Part shown: piece by piece, positions 1 through 6,366 of the stretch
How the letters are laid out: each line of letters starts with the position of its first letter
Position numbering within the stretch: position 1 is the stretch's first letter
Virus record (IMG/VR): IMGVR_UViG_3300029745_000183
Coordinates: 1-7,267 of that record
DNA from: a virus
Lineage: Duplodnaviria > Heunggongvirae > Uroviricota > Caudoviricetes
Strand: one strand, 5' to 3'
Length of the DNA stretch: 7,267 bases
Notes under the pieces: generated by a model
The model's database searches: none
Told to the model about the DNA's origin: nothing
The model's input: the letters and a program-made list of their open reading frames with translations, nothing else
Translations under genes and position numbers: made by a program

Positions 1-192
1 GTGACGCGAAAAGATGCCTGGTACTTTGCCAACTATGACCCGCGTATGAAGCGTGAAGGCCTGCATTATGTCGTGGTTGAGCGGGATGAAAAGTACATGG
101 CGAATTTTGACGAGATGGTGCCGGAGTTCATCGAAAAAATGGACGAGGCACTGGCTGAAATTGGTTTTGTATTTGGGGAGCAATGGCGATGA
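1..192 (+). CDS. 3' end (63 codons) of an unidentified protein, probably truncated at the window edge
   Basis: Frame is open from base 1 to TGA at 190-192. The first codon is GTG at the window edge, so the real start is most likely upstream. The stop overlaps the ATG of the next ORF (ATGA at 189-192). No motif I can assign. Confidence 0.5.
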   Translation: MTRKDAWYFANYDPRMKREGLHYVVVERDEKYMANFDEMVPEFIEKMDEALAEIGFVFGEQWR

Positions 193-347
193 CGCATCCT
201 CACGATAATATCCGGGTAGGCGCGATCACTTTCGTCTACTCCATTACAAAGCGAGGCTGGGTATTTCCCGGCCTTTCTGTTATCAGAAATCCACTGAAAG
301 CACAGCGGCTGGCTGAGAAGATAAATAACAAACAGGAGGATATATGA
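189..347 (+). CDS. Hypothetical small protein (52 aa), translationally coupled on both sides
   Basis: ATG at 189 overlaps the upstream stop (ATGA) and its TGA at 345-347 overlaps the ATG of the DGQHR gene (ATGA). GGGGAG sits 9 nt upstream of the ATG. It is below the 60-aa cutoff of the supplied ORF track. No recognisable domain. Confidence 0.3.
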   Translation: MTHPHDNIRVGAITFVYSITKRGWVFPGLSVIRNPLKAQRLAEKINNKQEDI

Positions 348-1408
348 GTCAGGTTGGTAATCATTCATTCGAATTTCCGGCATCGCAAGGTGTACAGGGT
401 GGTACTGTTACACTCTTCCTTACCATACCAGGAAGATCGCTGGCTCGTTTCCTCGCTTCAGATAATTACGGCCATACACTGGAACGCTCTCAGCGAGAAA
501 TTAATCCAAATCGAGTACGAAAATTTTTAAATTATCTCACTAACGCAGACTCAAGAAATGAGCCTTTTATCATTCCCCCTCTCGTAGGTAACTGTGATTC
601 GAATATAGAATTTGTACCGTTTGGCAACACAAATGTTGGTATAGCCAGAATTCCCCTCGACGCCGAAATAAAACTTTTTGATGGTCAACATCGTGCAGCT
701 GGCATTGAGATATTTTGCCGAAGTTCCCCATCAACGCTCATGGTTCCCATGATGCTTACAATGAATCTGCCGCTAAAAACCCGGCAGCAGTTCTTTTCGG
801 ACATAAATAACAACGTTTCTAAGCCATCAGCGACCATCAATATGGCGTATAACGGCCGGGATGATATTGCTCAGGGAATGATATCCTTCCTGACCCAACA
901 TACTGTATTTGCCGATATAACCGATTTTGAACACAACGTAGTGCCATTAAAAAGTAATATGTGGGTGAGTTTCAAGGCACTCACTGATGCAACGTCAAAG
1001 TTCGCTAGGAACGGCAATCAACAACTTGAAATGGGATATATAGAATCTGTCTGGGAGGCATGGATTACACTAACTCAGATTGACTCAATCCGACATGGTG
1101 TACACCACGCTACGTACAAGCGCGATTATATTCAGTTCCATGGAGTAATGATTAACGCTTTCGGTTTTGCGGTTCAACAGATGATGGTTAATCATTCCAT
1201 CGCAGAAATAACTTCTATGATCGAAAAACTATGTGCAACTACCAGCTCTGCAGAAAGAGAGGATTTTTTTCTGATGGATAACTGGGCGGGGATCTGCACG
1301 AAAGCCAGCCAGGAAAAACTATCTGTTATTGCCAATGTGGCAGCGCAGAAAGCAGCAGCAAACAGACTGATACAAGCTTTTACCAAAGGAAGTCTGGAAA
1401 CAACTTAA
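344..1408 (+). CDS. DGQHR-domain protein, DndB-like (ParB/Srx-fold superfamily), 354 aa
   Basis: Contains the exact family-defining motif DGQHR (in IKLFDGQHRAAGIEIF), preceded by FIIPPLVGN. Length is in the DndB range. AGGAGG lies 4 nt upstream of ATG 344. No DndC/D/E-like genes follow in the window. Confidence 0.75.
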   Translation: MSQVGNHSFEFPASQGVQGGTVTLFLTIPGRSLARFLASDNYGHTLERSQREINPNRVRKFLNYLTNADSRNEPFIIPPLVGNCDSNIEFVPFGNTNVGIARIPLDAEIKLFDGQHRAAGIEIFCRSSPSTLMVPMMLTMNLPLKTRQQFFSDINNNVSKPSATINMAYNGRDDIAQGMISFLTQHTVFADITDFEHNVVPLKSNMWVSFKALTDATSKFARNGNQQLEMGYIESVWEAWITLTQIDSIRHGVHHATYKRDYIQFHGVMINAFGFAVQQMMVNHSIAEITSMIEKLCATTSSAEREDFFLMDNWAGICTKASQEKLSVIANVAAQKAAANRLIQAFTKGSLETT

Positions 1409-1485
1409 TGAATCAACATTGTCTCATATCAGCATGCTGTACGGCGTCTTTAAGGAACGGTGAGCATGAAAAACAAAATCATCAT

Positions 1486-1512
1486 GGAGCTACAGGCTCC
1501 TTTTTTATTATT
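1486..1512 (+). terminator. Candidate intrinsic terminator downstream of the DGQHR gene
   Basis: GGAGC-tacag-GCTCC hairpin (5-bp stem) followed directly by TTTTTTATTATT. The stem is short, so this is weak to moderate. Confidence 0.35.
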
Positions 1513-1561
1513 CGCATTCACCCTCAAGCGTATTAACCAACAATTCAGGGATTAATGAAAG

Positions 1562-1780
1562 ATGGCAGACATCATTGATTCAGCATCAGAAATTGAAGAA
1601 TTACAGCGCAACACAGCAATAAAAATGCGCCGCCTGAACCACCAGGCTATATCTGCCACTCATTGTTGTGAGTGTGGCGATCCGATAGATGAACGAAGAC
1701 GCCTGGCCGTTCAGGGTTGTCGGACTTGTGCAAGTTGCCAGGAGGAGATCGAACTTAAGAACAAACAATGGGGACTGTGA
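1562..1780 (+). CDS. TraR/DksA-family C4-type zinc-finger protein (72 aa)
   Basis: Small protein with two Cys pairs (CCEC and CRTCASC) in the spacing typical of the TraR/DksA C4 zinc finger. Homologues are common in lambdoid early regions. Confidence 0.7.
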   Translation: MADIIDSASEIEELQRNTAIKMRRLNHQAISATHCCECGDPIDERRRLAVQGCRTCASCQEEIELKNKQWGL

Positions 1781-1827
1781 TGGCTTCAAAGCAGCAAATT
1801 TCAACATCGTCCAACTGAGGTGTAAAA

Positions 1828-2067
1828 ATGTTCAGAATCATTTTTCCTAACACCTGGTACGTCGACCACCACGGCACTCCCTGCAAAATCCTGCGTTCTA
1901 CCCACAACAAAGTTCACTACATCCGAAAAGGCAGAACATGTATCGCCAGCATGTTCCGCTTTAATCATGACTTTGAACCTGTGAATAAAGCTGATGCAGA
2001 TCGGATAGCAGAAGAGATCGAAACGGCAGAACACATTAAGAAGTTACGTGCCATACGCAGGAAATAG
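1828..2067 (+). CDS. Hypothetical phage protein (79 aa)
   Basis: ORF with a good SD (GAGGTG, 7-nt spacer), co-oriented with the xis-int operon. No motif recognised. Confidence 0.55.
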   Translation: MFRIIFPNTWYVDHHGTPCKILRSTHNKVHYIRKGRTCIASMFRFNHDFEPVNKADADRIAEEIETAEHIKKLRAIRRK

Positions 2068-2206
2068 AAAAATTGATAAATTCAATACTGCATTACTCAG
2101 CATTAAATTTATCTCTATGACCAGTCAAGAGATGTACCTGCCATGAGCTTAATATCATGTCAGATATATCGGTCACAAACTCCCTCAGCAGCTAAGAGGA
2201 GGACAA

Positions 2207-2443
2207 ATGTCTCGACTAATCACTTTACAGGACTGGGCTAAAGAAGAATTTGGGGACTTAGCACCAAGTGAGCGAGTTCTGAAAAAATACGCGCAAGGGA
2301 AAATGATGGCCCCACCCGCTATAAAAGTTGGTCGCTACTGGATGATTGACCGAAATTCCCGTTTTGTAGGAACGCTTGCAGAACCGCAACTCCCAATAAA
2401 CGCAAACCCAAAACTCCAACGGATAATCGCTGATGGCTGCTAG
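2207..2443 (+). CDS. xis: Excisionase (lambda Xis-like winged helix)
   Basis: N-terminal ITLQDW and a PPAIKVGRYW segment resemble lambda/HK022 Xis (LTLQEW ... PPPVKDGREY). AAGAGGAGG RBS. The 3' end overlaps the int start by 11 nt, as in lambda. Confidence 0.85.
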   Translation: MSRLITLQDWAKEEFGDLAPSERVLKKYAQGKMMAPPAIKVGRYWMIDRNSRFVGTLAEPQLPINANPKLQRIIADGC

Positions 2444-3575
2444 ACCCCGATCTCACAAAATCTCTATACCCAATTTATATTGCAAATTAGATAAGCGAAC
2501 CGGAAAGGTATATTGGCAATACAAACATCCACTATCCGGTCGTTTTCATAGCTTAGGAACTGATGAGAATGAAGCAAAACAAGTTGCTACTGAAGCAAAT
2601 ACCATTATTGCTGAACAACGTACCAGACAAATATTAAGCGTCAATGAGCGTCTGGAAAGAATGAAAGGCAGGCGCTCAGACATTACGGTGACAGAATGGC
2701 TTGATAAATATATTTCTATCCAGGAGGACAGGCTGCAACATAATGAACTAAGACCCAACTCCTATCGGCAAAAAGGCAAACCCATTCGTCTTTTCCGTGA
2801 GCATTGTGGAATGCAACACCTCAAGGATATTACCGCACTTGATATTGCCGAAATAATTGATGCTGTAAAGGCTGAAGGTCATAACAGGATGGCGCAAGTC
2901 GTGAGAATGGTGTTGATCGACGTCTTCAAAGAAGCACAACACGCAGGACATGTTCCGCCAGGATTTAACCCTGCGCAGGCAACAAAACAACCGCGAAATC
3001 GAGTAAACCGCCAAAGATTGTCACTGCTCGAATGGCAGGCAATATTTGAAAGCGTAAGCAGACGGCAGCCCTATTTAAAATGCGGCATGCTACTTGCTCT
3101 TGTTACTGGACAACGTTTAGGCGATATCTGCAATTTGAAATTCTCTGATATATGGGACGACATGTTGCACATTACTCAGGAAAAAACCGGTTCAAAACTT
3201 GCTATTCCGCTTAACCTGAAATGCGATGCTCTGAATATTACCCTTCGTGAAGTTATATCTCAGTGCAGGGATGCTGTTGTTAGTAAATATCTGGTCCATT
3301 ACCGTCACACTACCTCTCAAGCAAACAGAGGAGACCAGGTTTCTGCAAATACTCTGACAACGGCTTTTAAAAAGGCCCGGGAAAAATGTGGCATAAAATG
3401 GGAGCAAGGAACTGCGCCCACATTTCATGAGCAGCGATCTCTCTCAGAACGGTTATATCGGGAACAGGGTCTGGATACGCAAAAGTTGTTAGGCCATAAA
3501 TCCAGAAAAATGACCGACCGATACAATGATGATCGTGGTAAAGACTGGATTATCGTAGATATCAAAACAGCATAG
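2433..3575 (+). CDS. int: Tyrosine recombinase, lambda Int family integrase (380 aa)
   Basis: N-terminus RPRSHKISIPNLY and C-terminal TFHEQRSLSERLY...LLGHKS...RYNDDRG match lambda Int (RRRSHERRDLPPNLY; TFHELRSLSARLY...LLGHKSDTM...YRDDRG), including the catalytic R, HxxR and Y positions. Confidence 0.95.
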   Translation: MAARPRSHKISIPNLYCKLDKRTGKVYWQYKHPLSGRFHSLGTDENEAKQVATEANTIIAEQRTRQILSVNERLERMKGRRSDITVTEWLDKYISIQEDRLQHNELRPNSYRQKGKPIRLFREHCGMQHLKDITALDIAEIIDAVKAEGHNRMAQVVRMVLIDVFKEAQHAGHVPPGFNPAQATKQPRNRVNRQRLSLLEWQAIFESVSRRQPYLKCGMLLALVTGQRLGDICNLKFSDIWDDMLHITQEKTGSKLAIPLNLKCDALNITLREVISQCRDAVVSKYLVHYRHTTSQANRGDQVSANTLTTAFKKAREKCGIKWEQGTAPTFHEQRSLSERLYREQGLDTQKLLGHKSRKMTDRYNDDRGKDWIIVDIKTA

Positions 3576-3585
3576 AAAATAGCCA

Positions 3586-3622
3586 GTTTTGGGGAAGGGT
3601 TTTGGGGAAAGTTTTGGGGAAG
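3586..3622. repeat. Three tandem copies of GTTTTGGGGAA(G/A), period 12-13 bp
   Basis: Direct reading: copies start at 3586, 3599 and 3611, immediately 3' of the int stop codon. Confidence 0.6.
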
Positions 3623-3642
3623 ATTTTACATCATCATAAATC

Positions 3643-3675
3643 AACGGGCGTGTTATACGCCCGTTTCAATATTTA
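3643..3675. terminator. Bidirectional intrinsic terminator shared by int (+) and the icd fragment (-)
   Basis: Perfect 9-bp stem AACGGGCGT / ACGCCCGTT with a 5-nt loop, followed by TTTCAATATTT on the + strand and a U-rich run on the minus strand. It lies 23 nt beyond the icd stop codon. Confidence 0.65.
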
Positions 3676-3688
3676 ACACATGTAGTGA

Positions 3689-3853
3689 TTACATATTCTT
3701 GATGATCGCGTCACCAAACTCTGAACATTTCAGCAGTTTAGCGCCTTCCATCAGACGTTCGAAGTCATAGGTTACAGTCTTCGCGTTGATCGCGCCTTCC
3801 ATACCTTTAACAATCAGGTCTGCGGCTTCAGTCCAACCCATGTGGCGCAGCAT
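3689..3853 (-). pseudogene. icd: 3'-terminal fragment of isocitrate dehydrogenase (last 54 codons plus stop), icdC-like
   Basis: Minus-strand translation gives [54 protein letters not shown], which I recognise as the Icd C-terminus. An in-frame TAA two codons upstream ends the homology at about 3853, so no full-length icd is present. Confidence 0.85.
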
Positions 3854-3911
3854 TAGTTAGATGACTAAATCGTAACTATTTGACATAGCAACATAATTTT
3901 ACTAATTTGCA

Positions 3912-3948
3912 TATAACTCATTAGCCCTTAGCATTTCTATAACTCATT
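3912..3948. repeat. Two exact direct copies of TATAACTCATT, 26 bp apart
   Basis: Direct reading: copies at 3912-3922 and 3938-3948, in the AT-rich arm between the icd homology boundary and the mcrA 3' end. Confidence 0.5.
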
Positions 3949-4040
3949 GATTATAAACATGTGTTTTTGAGTTTTGATAACCATTTTTAGCATAAAAATA
4001 GCAGTTAACATTTGCAGAAGTTAAGATCAGAGAAAAATTT

Positions 4041-4054
4041 TACCCTGTAGGGTA
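4041..4054 (-). terminator. Weak candidate terminator downstream of mcrA
   Basis: TACCC-tgta-GGGTA hairpin about 35 nt past the mcrA stop, followed on the minus strand by AAATTTTTCTC. The stem is only 5 bp. Confidence 0.2.
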
Positions 4055-4086
4055 TTACGTCTTAAATGTGACTTTAATAAATAATT

Positions 4087-4920
4087 TTATTTCTGTAATC
4101 GGTTTATATTAACGTAAAGCATCTCGATTAGTTCTTTTGCATTTTTACTATAGTGCAATTCTCTATGGCAATTCGGACAAAGGGCAACACAGTTATCTGT
4201 TGTATCAGCACCACCTGAAGACAGGGGAATTACATGATGCACTTCCAAATATGGGTTTCCATCATTTAAATAAAACGGAGCATTTTTACCACAGTTTTCA
4301 CATATACCTTTACTTTGCTGTAAAATCCAAGCTTTTACCATCGGGTCTCGGACATAAACTTTTTGTAGTCTTTCTACCTCAACTGGTTTCCTAGAGCCCT
4401 CGGGTTGACTCAACGTTTTCTTAATTAATTTACTAACCCTCATATTCAGAAGCGATTCATCATCTGTAGGCTGTGAAAGCTCTGATAGTTCTCCACGTAT
4501 TATAGACGCCCAAAAACTGTCACTATAAATACCTGGAACATTTATCAATATTCGTTTCGTTCTATTGCCGGAAGGAATTTCCTTTCTCCCCGTACGACTA
4601 AAATAAGCCTGATAACCACACATCTTCAAGCGTATATCGCGGGGGCTATTACCAATCAAAGTAAAATATTCACCAGGATGGATTTTTCTTTCATCCAAAG
4701 AATGCATATGTTTTCTGACTGATGATGACGCCAGATATACTACGACTTGGGATACACCAGAATCAACCAACCGTTCAATGATATAATCAAGAGCGATATT
4801 GTAATCTTTGTTTCTGTCACCCGGCCCCCACGACTCAAGGATTAGACCATAAACACCATCCTCTTCACCTATCGAACACTCAGCTTTCAGTTCAATTCCA
4901 TTATTATCAAAAACATGCAT
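4087..4920 (-). CDS. mcrA: McrA, type IV modified-cytosine-specific restriction endonuclease (HNH), 277 aa
   Basis: Protein begins MHVFDNNGIELKAECSIGEEDGVYGLILESWGPGDRNKDY and ends with the HNH region CENCG...HHVIP...CVALCPNCHRELH. Length and sequence match my recollection of E. coli McrA, which is encoded on e14 next to pin. Confidence 0.93.
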   Translation of the reverse strand: MHVFDNNGIELKAECSIGEEDGVYGLILESWGPGDRNKDYNIALDYIIERLVDSGVSQVVVYLASSSVRKHMHSLDERKIHPGEYFTLIGNSPRDIRLKMCGYQAYFSRTGRKEIPSGNRTKRILINVPGIYSDSFWASIIRGELSELSQPTDDESLLNMRVSKLIKKTLSQPEGSRKPVEVERLQKVYVRDPMVKAWILQQSKGICENCGKNAPFYLNDGNPYLEVHHVIPLSSGGADTTDNCVALCPNCHRELHYSKNAKELIEMLYVNINRLQK

Positions 4921-5026
4921 AATATTAATCTTTAATCAATTTTTCACGACAATACTACTTTTATTGATAAAATTGCAACAAGTTGCTGTTGTTTTACTTT
5001 CTTTTGTACACAAAGTGTCTTTAACT

Positions 5027-5581
5027 TTATTTATCCCCTGCAGGAAACCTCTTATACAAAGTTGACACACCAACATCATAGATAATCGCCACCTTCTGGC
5101 GAGGAACTCCTGATGCAATTAATCGTCCGGCCTGTTCCCATTGTTCTGGTGTAAGTTTGGGACGACGTCCACCAATTCGTCCCTGTGCGCGAGCAGCTTC
5201 CAGTCCAGCTTTTGTTCTTTCAACAATCAGTTCACGCTCCATTTCAGCCAGGGCACCCATCACATGAAAGAAAAAGCGCCCCATTGGGGTACTGGTATCA
5301 ATTGAATCCGTCAGACTACGAAAGTTGATGCCTCGTTCGCGCAACTCCTCCACCAGCACGACAAGATGCCGCATACTGCGCCCCAGTCGGTCCAGTTTCC
5401 AGACCACCAGCGTATCACCTGCCGATAATGTCCTGAGCAGTTTTTTCAGTCCCGGCCTTTCGGACTTTGTACCGCTTATCTTGTCTTCAAAAATCAGCTC
5501 GCATCCTGCACAGTTCAGCGCATTACGTTGTAGATCTGTGTTCTGGTCATTTGTTGACACACGTACATAGCCAATAAGCAT
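5027..5581 (-). CDS. pin: Pin DNA invertase, serine recombinase of the Gin/Hin/Pin family (184 aa)
   Basis: From the internal Met the protein reads MLIGYVRVSTNDQNTDLQRNAL..., the canonical invertase N-terminus with catalytic Ser in VRVSTNDQ, and has a C-terminal HTH. GGGAG RBS 8 nt upstream of ATG at 5581. The track ORF start at 5617 is an in-frame upstream extension. Confidence 0.93.
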   Translation of the reverse strand: MLIGYVRVSTNDQNTDLQRNALNCAGCELIFEDKISGTKSERPGLKKLLRTLSAGDTLVVWKLDRLGRSMRHLVVLVEELRERGINFRSLTDSIDTSTPMGRFFFHVMGALAEMERELIVERTKAGLEAARAQGRIGGRRPKLTPEQWEQAGRLIASGVPRQKVAIIYDVGVSTLYKRFPAGDK

Positions 5582-5607
5582 GGTAGATCTCCCTGACAAA
5601 AGCAGGA

Positions 5608-6063
5608 ATGATGCCATTTGCTCGTTATTTCTGCATTTTCATAAACGTTGGTTTGGGAGAAGCGGCAAAACGAAATGTGGGGACAGGGGAAAATCAGATA
5701 CCGGACATGGCCTCTTTTGCCAGTGGTGATGGATGGATGAAATTACCCAACGGGAAAATCCTGCAATATGGTCGTGGTGCGATTACGCCGACATTATCGA
5801 CGCAAACAATGAGAATTACATTCAGCATCCCTTTTCCTAAAGAAGTGGACTGCGCCATGCTTACCCATTCTGGTGATGGTGGTGCGCCTTTAGGCGCTGG
5901 ACGGGGATTCGTGATGACTGCAGAAGGTCCAACACTAACCGGTTTTAATTCCGCTTACAGAACTGCATCAACCAGCTCCACAGTAACCTCTATAACTGTA
6001 TTGACGATTTGCAGTGATTGCAGGACGTTACGGGTAGCCTCATCGTTCTGTGGTTTCTGTTAA
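5608..6063 (+). pseudogene. Orphan side-tail-fibre C-terminal fragment (stfE-like), the variable cassette of the Pin inversion module
   Basis: Divergent from pin and reads through the crossover site. The segment [19 protein letters not shown] resembles tail-fibre C-terminal domains. No fibre N-terminal region, no tfa gene, and a Cys-rich, non-protein-like tail ([17 protein letters not shown]). ATG 5608 is probably not a genuine start. Confidence 0.4.
5636..5661. other. Pin/Gin/Hin-type recombination crossover site (pix-like), 26 bp
   Basis: TTTTCATAAACG-TT-GGTTTGGGAGAA: two 12-bp half-sites around a 2-bp core. Reverse complement TTCTCCCAAACC-AA-CGTTTATGAAAA resembles hixL TTCTTGAAAACC-AA-GGTTTTTGATAA. 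Sits 55 bp upstream of the pin start, the expected position. Confidence 0.55.
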
Positions 6064-6068
6064 TCGAT

Positions 6069-6269
6069 TTATCCATTAGATTTTTCATAAAGCTCAGGTT
6101 TAAATGGCAACCGTCCGCAAGTTCTATATGCAGCTTCTGCTGCACGTCCTTTTGGAATTAACTGGCCCGGACGGTTTCGCCACTGATAAACGGCTTCAGT
6201 TGTTATGCCGAAAAAAGCAGCAACTTTCTCAATACTGCCGAAGTAGCTTTCGATATCGTCAGTTGTCAT
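6069..6269 (-). CDS. Cro-like HTH regulator (YdaS/Cro family), 66 aa
   Basis: Small HTH protein (VAAFFGITTEAVYQWRN...IPKGRAAEAAYRTCGRLPFKPELY) transcribed divergently from the CI-like repressor. GGAGGG RBS. Confidence 0.8.
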   Translation of the reverse strand: MTTDDIESYFGSIEKVAAFFGITTEAVYQWRNRPGQLIPKGRAAEAAYRTCGRLPFKPELYEKSNG

Positions 6270-6366
6270 ACGCCCTCCAAACTAAGTTTTATTAGATGCT
6301 AATTACAAATCTATCTTTGGTCAATAAAAACTAAGATTACTTAGCAATTCAAGAAATGGTGCTCCT
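6270..6366. promoter_or_regulatory. Divergent promoter/operator region between the cro-like and cI-like genes
   Basis: 97-bp AT-rich intergenic region. Two inverted repeats of form CTAAG-N4-(C/A)TTAG at 6282-6295 and 6331-6344. Minus-strand sigma70-like elements TTGACC (6319-6324) and TAGCAT (6296-6301) with a 17-bp spacer, a candidate pR for the cro-like gene. Confidence 0.55.

Noticed and set aside
66-383. 105-aa minus-strand ORF
   Set aside because: Lies antisense across the coupled + strand ORFs and the DGQHR start. No RBS and no motif, so it is most likely a chance reverse-strand frame.
1192-1386. 64-aa minus-strand ORF inside the DGQHR gene
   Set aside because: Fully embedded antisense in a well-supported CDS.
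1601-2034. Two minus-strand ORFs (1601-1807 and 1801-2034)
   Set aside because: Antisense to the TraR-like and 79-aa genes, which have SD sequences and operon context. No independent support.
2546-3428. Three minus-strand ORFs inside int (2546-2758, 2748-3014, 3192-3428)
   Set aside because: Embedded antisense in the integrase gene, whose identity is strongly supported end to end.
3586-3622. Possible CRISPR array
   Set aside because: Only three 12-bp units with 0-1 bp between them, no spacers of regular length and no cas genes. This is a tandem repeat, not a CRISPR.
3689-3853. Full-length icd gene
   Set aside because: Homology covers only the last 54 codons, an in-frame stop lies two codons upstream, and the sequence beyond 3853 is AT-rich non-coding DNA followed by mcrA.
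4137-4394. 85-aa + strand ORF inside mcrA
   Set aside because: Antisense to McrA. Its low-complexity translation fits an AT-rich chance frame.
4921-5026. Promoter or terminator in the pin-mcrA spacer (GCAA-caag-TTGC hairpin, TTGCAA/TAGTAT hexamers)
   Set aside because: The stem is only 4-5 bp and the hexamer spacing is suboptimal, too weak to call from sequence alone.
4936-5118. 60-aa minus-strand ORF overlapping the pin 3' end
   Set aside because: Overlaps the pin C-terminal coding region in another frame and extends into the AT-rich spacer, with no RBS.
5325-5570. 81-aa + strand ORF inside pin
   Set aside because: Antisense to the invertase gene. Its Ser/Arg-rich translation is typical of a spurious frame.
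5582-5617. Upstream in-frame extension of pin (track start at 5617)
   Set aside because: The internal Met at 5581 gives the canonical invertase N-terminus MLIGYVRVS with a GGGAG RBS 8 nt upstream. The extension adds 12 residues not expected for this family.
5929-5954. Second Pin crossover site
   Set aside because: It has an AACCGGTT centre but the half-sites match the gix/hix pattern poorly. Kept only as a possible remnant in the Pin finding.
6104-6295. 63-aa + strand ORF
   Set aside because: Antisense across the cro-like gene and into the operator region.
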